DNA of 64,000 nt, taken from NCBI GenBank assembly GCA_031551405.1, contig JAVBNQ010000005.1, positions 99,992 through 163,991 on the forward strand. Direction: 5' to 3'. Below are positions 47,252 to 55,821 of this stretch, piece after piece. Positions within the stretch are counted from its first letter, which is position 1, and every line of letters starts with the position of its first letter. The DNA is from a bacterium. GTDB taxonomy: Bacteria > RUG730. The position numbers and the translations under genes are program-made. The notes beneath the pieces are model-generated. The model was not told the origin of the DNA and searched no databases. It saw nothing but the letters and a program-made list of their open reading frames with translations.

Positions 47252-47725
47252 CTATAATTTTATACTGTTCAATAAAAAATAACTGATAACAAGTCCAAGA
47301 ACTGCGTACGTCTCAACGAGAGCGGCAAAAACTAAAGCTTTCATACTTGCTTCTGGTTGCTTTGCTGCGACTGCAACTCCGGCAGCACAAACTTTTCCCT
47401 GGAATATACCGGATGAAAGGCCGCTGATTCCGACCGGAAGTGCAGAAACCAAAATTTGCAAACCCTGGATATTCGAAACAACAGCAGGAGCTCCGGATAG
47501 CAATTGAAGTTTCAGAATTATCAAAAACGCAACTAAAAATCCATATATTCCCTGCGTACCAGGAAGAGCTATCAAAAGAAGAAGTGTCCCGAATTTCTCA
47601 GGTTTCTCGCTGAGAACACCGTTAGCGGCAGCTCCTGATATTCCTAGACCAATGCTAGATCCATATCCTCCCAAAAACGTCGACACTGCTGCTCCAAACA
47701 TTGCGAAAAATAATCCCAATTCCAT
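47252..47725 (-). CDS. ntpK: V/A-type ATPase proteolipid subunit K
   Basis: 157 aa with four hydrophobic helices as a duplicated c-type hairpin. The essential Glu is in the last helix (ALVETYAVLGLV). Confidence 0.85.
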   Translation of the reverse strand: MELGLFFAMFGAAVSTFLGGYGSSIGLGISGAAANGVLSEKPEKFGTLLLLIALPGTQGIYGFLVAFLIILKLQLLSGAPAVVSNIQGLQILVSALPVGISGLSSGIFQGKVCAAGVAVAAKQPEASMKALVFAALVETYAVLGLVISYFLLNSIKL

Positions 47726-47745
47726 TTTTCCCTCCTACGAACTTT

Positions 47746-48273
47746 TTAAAGCTTCTCGTAAATATAATTTCCATTTACGTCAATACCGACGATTAAAGGC
47801 ATATCAACAATTTCAAGTTTGTAAATAGCTTCAGACAACAAATCCGAAAAAGCCGCAACCTCGCATTTCTTTACGGAATTTGCGAGAAGCGCCCCGCACC
47901 CACCCGGAGCGACCAGATAAATCGCTTTATTTTTAACACACGAATCTATTACTTTTACGCCTCGTTTTCCTTTTCCTATAGTAGCTGCTATTTTTATTTC
48001 ACTAAGCATAAACGGCGTAAAAGAATCCATTCTGCTACTCGTAGTTGGACCGCAAGAACCGATTACTTTACCTCGTGGAGTCTGAGATGGGCCGCAGTAG
48101 TAAATCACCTGATCCTTCAATTCTAACGGCGCTTTTTTTGCGTCAAAAATTCTTTTGTGAGCAGCATCTCGAGCTGTGTAAATAGTTCCACTTAAAAGTA
48201 CTTCGTCACCGACTGCTAAACCAGAGAAAATATTTCTATCTAAAAATGGAGCGACAATTCGTTTTGATTTCAT
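47746..48273 (-). CDS. Class I (Fe-S) fumarate/tartrate hydratase, beta subunit
   Basis: 175 aa; ..LSGTIYTARDAAHKR..YYCGP..GPTTSSRMD.. matches the Fumerase_C domain. Confidence 0.85.
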   Translation of the reverse strand: MKSKRIVAPFLDRNIFSGLAVGDEVLLSGTIYTARDAAHKRIFDAKKAPLELKDQVIYYCGPSQTPRGKVIGSCGPTTSSRMDSFTPFMLSEIKIAATIGKGKRGVKVIDSCVKNKAIYLVAPGGCGALLANSVKKCEVAAFSDLLSEAIYKLEIVDMPLIVGIDVNGNYIYEKL

Positions 48274-48352
48274 TATTTTAACCCACGAAAAAACCTTGTG
48301 TTACTTTTACAACCCAGCATTTTTATCGGAAATTCTTGATCTACTTGCTTTA

Positions 48353-49471
48353 TCACGAAATTATTCTAGGCAATCTCGACGTAAATTGAGTCACAATCTC
48401 GTACGGAATCGTCTCAGCTTTTTTTGCCAAATCCTCAATTTTTATCGATTGCTCACTGCTTCCACCAACTAAAATTATATCGTCGCCAATTTTAACATTT
48501 GCTACGTCTGTCACATCGAACATGCACATATCCATACAAATTCTTCCGATTTGTCTTACTTTTTGCCCTCGGACAATTCCGTCAATCTGATTCGACCAAG
48601 CCCTTCGATATCCGTCAGCATAACCAATAGGAATCGTAGCCACAACTGTTTTTCTCGTCGTCACAAAAGTCCCGCCATAACTAATTGGAGTCCCATCAGG
48701 AACTGTTTTCAAAAAAACGATTTTACTTTTTAATTCCAAAACAGGCTTAAATTTTTTATTAAAATCTCGAGGAAAAAATAATCCATAAAGCGAAATTCCG
48801 GCCCTCACCATATTGAACTCCGCATTCTTGTATCCAAACAAAGTTTCTGTGTTAGCTGCGTGAAAATATTTTACACTAACGCCCTTTTTTTTTAAGTCAG
48901 ACTTTAGGTTCGAAAACGATGCAATTTGTTTTTGCGTGAATTCAGCATCTTTGTCTGCACTGGAAATATGAGTATAAACTCCCTCGATCTTGAGTCCAGG
49001 CAAAAAGCTAATTTTCTCGATAAAACCACTCGCTCGTTTTACCGCCATCCCAATTCGCCCCATTCCGGTATCAACTTTTATGTGAACGTTTAAATTTATA
49101 TCCAGCTTTTTACAAAAAATGCTGATTTTTCTTGCAATCTGAAGACTCGAAATTGTTGGCGTTAGATTGTAGTTGATTATGTAATCAAAAGACGAGAACG
49201 GATAAATGCTTCCGAGCACCAAAATTTGACTTTTTATGCCTTTTGTCCGCAAATAAATTCCTTCTTCGATCGTAGCCACTCCAAAAATCAATTTATCCAA
49301 AATATATTTTTCGAGAGAATTTGCTATCTCGTAGCTGCCGTGTCCATACGCGTTGGCTTTCACAACAGTTAAAAGTTGCGTTTTTGGCTTAAGTTTATGC
49401 TTTAAAATTTTATAATTATGTAGTAAATTTTTAACGTGGATTTTGCAAAAAGCTGGACGAATTATTTCCAT
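48353..49471 (-). CDS. alr: Alanine racemase
   Basis: 372 aa with the PLP-lysine motif VVKANAYGHG and a C-terminal beta domain (..GYADGY..). Confidence 0.9.
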   Translation of the reverse strand: MEIIRPAFCKIHVKNLLHNYKILKHKLKPKTQLLTVVKANAYGHGSYEIANSLEKYILDKLIFGVATIEEGIYLRTKGIKSQILVLGSIYPFSSFDYIINYNLTPTISSLQIARKISIFCKKLDINLNVHIKVDTGMGRIGMAVKRASGFIEKISFLPGLKIEGVYTHISSADKDAEFTQKQIASFSNLKSDLKKKGVSVKYFHAANTETLFGYKNAEFNMVRAGISLYGLFFPRDFNKKFKPVLELKSKIVFLKTVPDGTPISYGGTFVTTRKTVVATIPIGYADGYRRAWSNQIDGIVRGQKVRQIGRICMDMCMFDVTDVANVKIGDDIILVGGSSEQSIKIEDLAKKAETIPYEIVTQFTSRLPRIIS

Positions 49472-49483
49472 TGTTTGCTCCTT

Positions 49484-50824
49484 TTAAATCACAATGTTCG
49501 ACATGTTTTCAAACCTGGTAAATTCTCCTCTAAAAACCATTTCAACGCTTCCGGTCGGACCATTTCTTTGCTTCCCGATAATTACCTCAGCTTTATTCGC
49601 CAGATCCGGAATATCCTGTTTATAATAACCTTCTCGATATAAAAATGCCACCAAATCCGCATCTTGCTCGATAGAACCTGATTCTCTTAAATCCGAAAGT
49701 TGCGGTCTTTGATCCGGACGTTTTTCAGTTGCTCTCGATAATTGAGACAAAGCAATAACTGGAACTTTTAGGTCTTTTGCAAGCATTTTAAGCCCCCGAG
49801 TTATCTCAGAAACGTCTTGCTGCCTATACTCAGCCTTTCCGGTTTTTCCGCTCATGAGCTGCAAATAATCAATAATTATAAGGCTTAAACCTTTGCTTAG
49901 TTTCAACTTTCGCGCTCTCGATCGCATTTCCAGGACAGTCAATCCCGGAGAATCATCGATATAAATTGGTGACTCTGCAAGCCTTTCTGCGGCATTCGTA
50001 ATTGGTGTCCAGGCTTTTTGCGACAAAAAACCGGTTTTCACGTGATGCGAGCTGACTTTCGCCTGAGAACAAATCATCCTAAAAACTAATTCTTCAGACG
50101 ACATTTCTAGACTAAATATACCAACCGGCTTTTTTTCCGTAATAGCGACATGTTCCGCGATATTCAAACAAAACGAGGTTTTTCCCATAGCAGGGCGAGC
50201 TGCGATAATGATGAGGTTTGAATCCTGAAGCCCGGCCGTCATTGCGTCAAAATCCGTGAATCCGGTCCTCAAACCAGTCACGCTCTTTTTTTCGTTAAAA
50301 AAATATTGCATTCTCTCGACAGTGTGATGCGTTTCGTCAGAAATCTGCTTAAATCCTCTGGCTTCACGTTTATCGGAGATGTCAAAAATTTTTTGTTCAG
50401 CTTTGTCGAGTACTGTGTCAGATGATTCCTCGGAATTGTAACAATCGTTTATAATTTCTGTCGACGAATGAATCAGATTACGCAAAACACTTTTTTCTTT
50501 AACGATATTAGCGTAATATTCGACATTTGCAGAGGTGGAAACATTATTCAGTAAGCTGCTCAAATATTCTTTTCCACCGATTTTTTCCAGATTATTCACC
50601 CTTGAAAGCTCGTCAATAATAATTATTATGTCGACGGGTTTTCCAAGATTATACAAGTTTTGGATAATCCCAAAAATCAGCCTGTGCGACTCGAGATAAA
50701 AATTTGGCTCTTTTAAAATTTCCAAAGCAATATTTACTGCAACGCTATCAAGAAGCATTGAGCCTAAAACTGCTTTTTCCGCGTCGATATTACTCGGCTC
50801 AATCCTATCAATTTTTTGCGACAT
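49484..50824 (-). CDS. dnaB: Replicative DNA helicase DnaB
   Basis: 446 aa with an N-terminal domain (PSNIDAEKAVLGSML), Walker A ARPAMGKTSF, ..IIDYLQLM.. and SRATE/IEQDAD motifs. Confidence 0.95.
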   Translation of the reverse strand: MSQKIDRIEPSNIDAEKAVLGSMLLDSVAVNIALEILKEPNFYLESHRLIFGIIQNLYNLGKPVDIIIIIDELSRVNNLEKIGGKEYLSSLLNNVSTSANVEYYANIVKEKSVLRNLIHSSTEIINDCYNSEESSDTVLDKAEQKIFDISDKREARGFKQISDETHHTVERMQYFFNEKKSVTGLRTGFTDFDAMTAGLQDSNLIIIAARPAMGKTSFCLNIAEHVAITEKKPVGIFSLEMSSEELVFRMICSQAKVSSHHVKTGFLSQKAWTPITNAAERLAESPIYIDDSPGLTVLEMRSRARKLKLSKGLSLIIIDYLQLMSGKTGKAEYRQQDVSEITRGLKMLAKDLKVPVIALSQLSRATEKRPDQRPQLSDLRESGSIEQDADLVAFLYREGYYKQDIPDLANKAEVIIGKQRNGPTGSVEMVFRGEFTRFENMSNIVI

Positions 50825-51064
50825 AATTTAATTTCCTATCGAGATTTACTGTTTAACCTTGAAAAAAGTTAAGTTTGTTATTATATTAAAAATTTTTGAA
50901 AATTAAAACAAAAAATTGCGAGTGAAAATTCAAAAATCCGGAATATAATTTTCACACTGAAAATTCCACGACAAAACAAAAATCTCTATCAATGAGCAAA
51001 ATAAAAATGTATAATGTATCCCAAAATATTTATGTCTCAATCTCAGTCTACAAAGTAGGTAAAA

Positions 51065-52465
51065 ATGCTAAAATTTTTTAACACACTTACAAAACGCGAA
51101 GAAGAGTTCAAATCCATAGAGCCAAACAAAATCAAAATGTATGTTTGTGGAATCACGCCGTACGACAGCTGTCATATAGGACACGCGAGGTGCTACGTAG
51201 TTTTTGACACTATCCGTCGATATTTTGAATTTTTAGGTTACGAGATAAATTACATCCAAAATTTTACTGACATCGACGACAAAATCATAAACAAAAGCAA
51301 TGCCTTAAACGTAAAATACAACGAAATTTCCGAAAAATATATAGACGAATATTTTATCGTGATGGACAAACTAAACATAAAACGCGCAAACTCAAATCCC
51401 AAAGTAAGCGAAAATATTGACAAAATCGTTACTTTTATCGAAAGACTGGTGAAAAAAAACTACGCTTACAATATAGACGGAAACGTATACTTTCGAGTCA
51501 AAAATTTTGAGGATTACGGTAAATTATCGGGCAGAAATCTTGAAGAATTGAAACAAGGTGCACGCGTAGAAATCGATGAAAAAAAAGAAAATCCTCTCGA
51601 TTTTGCACTTTGGAAAAAAGCAAAAGAAAACGAACCGTTTTGGGAGTCTTCACTCGGGAAAGGACGTCCTGGTTGGCATATCGAATGCTCCGTTTTAGCG
51701 ACTGCGAATCTAGGAGAAACAATTGATATTCACGGCGGCGGAGCGGATCTCATTTTTCCTCATCACGAGAACGAAATCGCGCAATCCGAAGCATTGACTG
51801 ACAAAAAATTTGCGAAATACTGGATTCACAACGGTTTCGTGATGATAAACAAAGAAAAAATGAGTAAATCTTTGGGCAACTTTTTCACATTAAATGACAT
51901 TTTGGAAAAATATGAACCAATGGCTTTGAGGCTATTTTTGCTTACAAATCATTACAGAAAACCGCTGGATTTTTCCGATGACAAATTGGAAGAAAACACA
52001 AAAAGACTTGCGAAATTCACGAATTTTTACAGAGACGTCAAAAATTTAAAATTAGATGATAAAACAAAAACAGAAATTTTCGCAAACTTGAAAAACTTTG
52101 AAAATTTAGAAGCTATGAAAAAAAAATTTTGCGACGCAATGAACAATGATTTTAATACTGCAGCTGCTCTAGCTGAGTTGCATGAAATTTTAGAATTTGG
52201 AAATAAAATTAAAGAATCCGACGCAGAACTCGCTTTTGCCAGTTTTTTAGTTTTAGACGAACTCGCAAAAGTTTTAGGTTTAAATTTCGAATTAACAGAA
52301 AAATCAAACGAAATCCCGACTGAAATTCAAGAAATATTGAAGCAAAGAGATGAAGCCAGAAACGCAAGAAATTGGGCTGAATCAGATAGGCTACGCGATA
52401 TTTTAAGACAGAAAGGATTTGAAGTAAAAGATACAAAAAATGGAACACAAGCGATGAAAATATGA
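51065..52465 (+). CDS. cysS: Cysteine--tRNA ligase
   Basis: 466 aa with HIGH (SCHIGHAR), KMSKS and zinc-site residues. Confidence 0.95.
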   Translation: MLKFFNTLTKREEEFKSIEPNKIKMYVCGITPYDSCHIGHARCYVVFDTIRRYFEFLGYEINYIQNFTDIDDKIINKSNALNVKYNEISEKYIDEYFIVMDKLNIKRANSNPKVSENIDKIVTFIERLVKKNYAYNIDGNVYFRVKNFEDYGKLSGRNLEELKQGARVEIDEKKENPLDFALWKKAKENEPFWESSLGKGRPGWHIECSVLATANLGETIDIHGGGADLIFPHHENEIAQSEALTDKKFAKYWIHNGFVMINKEKMSKSLGNFFTLNDILEKYEPMALRLFLLTNHYRKPLDFSDDKLEENTKRLAKFTNFYRDVKNLKLDDKTKTEIFANLKNFENLEAMKKKFCDAMNNDFNTAAALAELHEILEFGNKIKESDAELAFASFLVLDELAKVLGLNFELTEKSNEIPTEIQEILKQRDEARNARNWAESDRLRDILRQKGFEVKDTKNGTQAMKI

Positions 52466-53190
52466 GGAATTTAGAAGATTTTATTTTTGGAAGAAAAGTC
52501 ATTTTAACCGCTCTCGAAAACAATGTCGAGATCAACAAAATTTATCTTGCAAAAGGTTCTCAAGGCGCAATTATCGACGATATTGTGAATTTATGCAAAA
52601 AAAAACGCGTGATTTTTAATTTTTTGGATAGACGTGAACTTGATCACAAATTTGGCGAAAACCACCAAGGCGTAGTCGCTTATATCAACAAACAAAAATA
52701 TCTAGAAATTGAAGAATTTATCTCTCGAAAGAAAACCAGTAAAAATTTAAAAATCACGATTTTAGACAATATCACGGATCCTCACAACACCGGAGCAATT
52801 ATCCGGAGTGCGTACGCTTTTGGATTCGACGCGGTTTGTATCCCAACACGCCATTCTTGCCTCGTAAATTCCACAGTCTCAAAAGTATCAAGCGGTGCCT
52901 CGAATCTTATTCCGATCATCAAAATCACGAATATCGTATCAACCATAAAATTTTTGAAAAAAAACAATTTTTGGATAATCGGAGCAGACATTAACGGCGA
53001 AAATCTTAATGATTTAAACCTGAAAAAACAAAATATTTGCCTCGTTCTTGGCAGCGAAGGCGAAGGCATAAAAAAACTAGTCAGAGAAAACTGCGATTTT
53101 TTAGCCAAAATACCAATGAAGAATAATTTTGACTCAATAAACGTTTCTTGTGCAGCAGCCGTATTTTTTTATGAATTCTCAAAAATTTAA
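52462..53190 (+). CDS. rlmB: TrmH/SpoU-family 23S rRNA 2'-O-methyltransferase (RlmB-like)
   Basis: 242 aa with an N-terminal substrate-binding domain and SpoU motifs (DNITDPHNTGAIIRSA, LVLGSEGEGI, INVSCAAAV). It overlaps the cysS stop (ATGA). Confidence 0.8.
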   Translation: MRNLEDFIFGRKVILTALENNVEINKIYLAKGSQGAIIDDIVNLCKKKRVIFNFLDRRELDHKFGENHQGVVAYINKQKYLEIEEFISRKKTSKNLKITILDNITDPHNTGAIIRSAYAFGFDAVCIPTRHSCLVNSTVSKVSSGASNLIPIIKITNIVSTIKFLKKNNFWIIGADINGENLNDLNLKKQNICLVLGSEGEGIKKLVRENCDFLAKIPMKNNFDSINVSCAAAVFFYEFSKI

Positions 53191-53261
53191 AATTCAAACT
53201 AAATTTCTCTAGTATTTTAACTTTTTTTGAAAGTTTTATCACGGTAAACCAACAAAATAAT

Positions 53262-53290
53262 TTGCGTTAAAAAAATTTTTTTATTATAAT
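53262..53290 (+). promoter_or_regulatory. Putative sigma70-type promoter for the ferredoxin gene
   Basis: TTGCGT (53262-53267), 17-nt spacer, TATAAT (53285-53290), 30 nt upstream of the ATG at 53320. Confidence 0.5.
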
Positions 53291-53319
53291 TTCGAACATT
53301 TTTTATGAGGAGGTACAAA

Positions 53320-53493
53320 ATGGCGTATAAAATTACAGATGTTTGTATTAATTGCGGCGCTTGCGAACCTGTTTGCCCTGTTGAAGCAATTTCCGAGGAC
53401 ACGGCAATAGGCAAAAGAAAAATAGATCCAGAGAAATGCCTTGATTGCGGCGCTTGCCAAGGCGTTTGCCCGGTAGACGCGATTGAAAATTAG
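53320..53493 (+). CDS. 2x[4Fe-4S] clostridial-type ferredoxin
   Basis: MAYKITDVCINCGACEPVCPVEAI...CLDCGACQGVCPVDAI has two CxxCxxCxxxCP motifs. I choose the ATG at 53320 (GAGGAGG 7 nt upstream) rather than the track's 53305. Confidence 0.9.
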   Translation: MAYKITDVCINCGACEPVCPVEAISEDTAIGKRKIDPEKCLDCGACQGVCPVDAIEN

Positions 53494-53533
53494 TTTTTTT
53501 CGCAAAATTAATCTCGTTTTTTAAGGAGGAATC

Positions 53534-54037
53534 ATGAAAAAATTTCTAAGCATCTTAGTTTTAGTTTTCACTCTTTCGGTATCATGCTTTGCTTCTTCAA
53601 TTTTCAAATTATCTCTCTGGGACAAAATTTCTATTCCTCAAGCAGATTCTGTCGAAGGGTTAGATTTTGGAATTATCGGATCTCAGACAGCTACAAATGT
53701 TGGTATTCAATGGGTTTGGATTTATGCGCAATCTGATGATATGACTGGCGTTCAAGGAGCTTTCATCACTAACGCAAAAAAAATAAAAGGTGGACAAGGC
53801 GGATTTTTAGCTTATGCGGATAAAGTCGAAGGTTATCAAGGTGGACTAATTACTTATGCTGAACACATCGAAGGCGCACAGTTCGGTTTCATAAATATCG
53901 CAAAAAATATTAAAGGTTCTCAATTTGGTTTTATAAATTTAGCCTTTAACATGGAGAAGGGTTTTCAATTCGGACTTATAAACTATATCCAGAACGGCAC
54001 ACTTCCTATTATGGTAATCATTAACGGAACATTTTAA
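53534..54037 (+). CDS. Secreted/outer-membrane repeat protein (about 14-aa Gln-x-Gly repeats), function unknown
   Basis: 167 aa with a signal peptide, then about 7-8 consecutive repeats of the pattern xQ(G/F)G(F/L)I(N/T)xAxxIxG (e.g. AQFGFINIAKNIKG, SQFGFINLAFNMEKG, FQFGLINYIQNG). A strong AAGGAGG RBS precedes it. Confidence 0.6.
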   Translation: MKKFLSILVLVFTLSVSCFASSIFKLSLWDKISIPQADSVEGLDFGIIGSQTATNVGIQWVWIYAQSDDMTGVQGAFITNAKKIKGGQGGFLAYADKVEGYQGGLITYAEHIEGAQFGFINIAKNIKGSQFGFINLAFNMEKGFQFGLINYIQNGTLPIMVIINGTF

Positions 54038-54171
54038 TTAAATTAAAATTTTTGACAATTTAAGAAAGCACAAGGGAAAACTGGTTTCTCATTTTTGGGA
54101 TGCTAGTTTTTTCTTTGTGCTTTTTTTCTTACAATTCAAAGCATGAATTAAGTTTAATGTTGGAGATATCG

Positions 54172-54756
54172 ATGGATATAAAAAAAATGTTTGTAGAAAA
54201 TCAAGGGTTGCTCGAGGGACATTTTCTTTTGTCAAGCGGATTACACAGCGGTTTTTACATGCAATCTGCCAAAGTTCTGCAAGATCCTAAAAAAGCGAAT
54301 ATCCTTGGCAAAAAAATTGCTGACGAAATAAAAGCTAAAAATATTGATATTTCTCTAGTCGTTTCACCTGCTCTCGGCGGTGTCATAATTGGTCATGAAG
54401 TTGCTAGAGAACTTGGCGTTAATTTTGTGTTCACAGAAAGAAATGAAGGGAAAATGCAATTAAGGAGAGGATTTACAATTGAGAAAAACACAAAAGTCGC
54501 TGTCGTAGAGGACGTCTTTACGACTGGTAAATCGACTCGTGAAGTAATCGCCCTCATAAACGAAATTGGAGCAAATGTTGTCTTATGCGCTTCGATAGTC
54601 GACAGAAGTGGCGGAAAACTCGATTTTGGAGTCGAGACCGTTTCCCTCCTAAATTTGAATTTACAAAATTATGCGGTAGAGAACTGCCCTTTTTGTAAAA
54701 AAGGTTTGCCTGTTCAAAAACCGGGAACCAGAGATTTTAGTAGCCTAAACAAATAA
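54172..54756 (+). CDS. pyrE: Orotate phosphoribosyltransferase
   Basis: GHFLLSSGLHSGFYMQ and the PRPP loop VAVVEDVFTTGKST. I choose the start at ATG 54172 (GGAGA upstream). The track's extra 24 N-terminal codons look non-native. Confidence 0.85.
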   Translation: MDIKKMFVENQGLLEGHFLLSSGLHSGFYMQSAKVLQDPKKANILGKKIADEIKAKNIDISLVVSPALGGVIIGHEVARELGVNFVFTERNEGKMQLRRGFTIEKNTKVAVVEDVFTTGKSTREVIALINEIGANVVLCASIVDRSGGKLDFGVETVSLLNLNLQNYAVENCPFCKKGLPVQKPGTRDFSSLNK

Positions 54757-54798
54757 TCACTTAATCACTTAATCACTCAGAGAGGAGGCGTTTTATCA

Positions 54799-55464
54799 AT
54801 GCAAAAAATAAGTTTTACTAGCGAAGATTGTAAACAATTTGATCATTGGGCTACGGAAATAATAGGAATTCCATCGATTGTCCTGATGGAAAACGCCGGT
54901 TCGGCAGTTGCGAATGAAATATACAACACATATTTTTCAACAAAAACTGAATATGACGGAGTTTTTTTCTTTTGCGGCACTGGAAATAATGGCGGAGACG
55001 GGCTAGTCGCTGCAAGGCATTTATTCGTAAAAGGAGTTGAAGTTGAGGTTTATATAGTCGGAGGCGTATCAAATTTTACAATCGATACAGAGTTAAACTT
55101 TAGAATTCTGAGAAAACTTGGCGTCGAAGCTTATCCGCTTCTCTCAGAAAAAGATTTGATGAAAGTAAAAATTCCGGAAAAATTTTTGTTGGTCGACGCG
55201 ATTTTCGGCACAGGAATAAACAGGGATATTATCGGACTCGAACGTAAAGCTATCGACAAAATTAATAAAGCGAAGAAAACAATAATTTCTCTCGATGCGC
55301 CTTCAGGATTGAACGTAAACGATGGATCTGAGTGGGGCGTTTGCGTAAAAGCGAATCACACAATCTCGATCGCCTCGTATAAAAAGGCATTTGAGCTCGA
55401 CGAAACCAAAACGCTAACCGGTGAAATCTCAACAGTAGACATTGGAATAAACGTAACCGAATAA
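54799..55464 (+). CDS. nnrE: NAD(P)H-hydrate epimerase (YjeF N-terminal domain only)
   Basis: 221 aa with CGTGNNGGDGLVAARHL and DAIFGTG motifs. No fused C-terminal dehydratase (carbohydrate-kinase-like) domain is present. Confidence 0.8.
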   Translation: MQKISFTSEDCKQFDHWATEIIGIPSIVLMENAGSAVANEIYNTYFSTKTEYDGVFFFCGTGNNGGDGLVAARHLFVKGVEVEVYIVGGVSNFTIDTELNFRILRKLGVEAYPLLSEKDLMKVKIPEKFLLVDAIFGTGINRDIIGLERKAIDKINKAKKTIISLDAPSGLNVNDGSEWGVCVKANHTISIASYKKAFELDETKTLTGEISTVDIGINVTE

Positions 55465-55466
55465 AA

Positions 55467-55820
55467 ATGATCATCAAAAAAGGAGATATTATAGTCGCTG
55501 ACAAAGTAAAAATAGCCGGGACTTTTTTTTCAAGATTGATTGGTTTATTAAACAGAAAAAATCTTAATTCTAACGAAGGACTTTTATTTAAAGGAAGCGT
55601 GCAAATTCACACTTTTTTTATGAGATTTCCGATAGACGTGATTTTTCTGGATAAAAACAAAAAAATACTCGAAATTTACGATTCAATGCCGCCATTCAGA
55701 ATCACAAAAATTTTTTTAAAATCGCAATCCGGCTATGTTTTGGAATTATCTCACGGAATTGCAAAGTCCAAATTTCTGGCAAAAAATGATATTTTAGACT
55801 TTGAAGATAACAAAAATTAA
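55467..55820 (+). CDS. DUF192-family protein
   Basis: 117 aa; ..FFSRLIGLL.R..L...EGLLF....IHTFFMRFPIDVIFLD.. matches the DUF192 pattern. Confidence 0.7.
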   Translation: MIIKKGDIIVADKVKIAGTFFSRLIGLLNRKNLNSNEGLLFKGSVQIHTFFMRFPIDVIFLDKNKKILEIYDSMPPFRITKIFLKSQSGYVLELSHGIAKSKFLAKNDILDFEDNKN

Positions 55821-55821
55821 C

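Noticed and set aside
53217-53505. Minus-strand ORFs of 65 and 73 aa opposite the ferredoxin gene
   Set aside because: The plus-strand frame encodes a textbook 2x[4Fe-4S] ferredoxin with promoter and RBS. The antisense ORFs are Cys/Ala mirror artefacts.
54100-54171. N-terminal extension of pyrE (MLVFSLCFFSYNSKHELSLMLEIS)
   Set aside because: It is not part of the OPRTase fold. The internal ATG at 54172 has a GGAGA RBS and gives the normal length.
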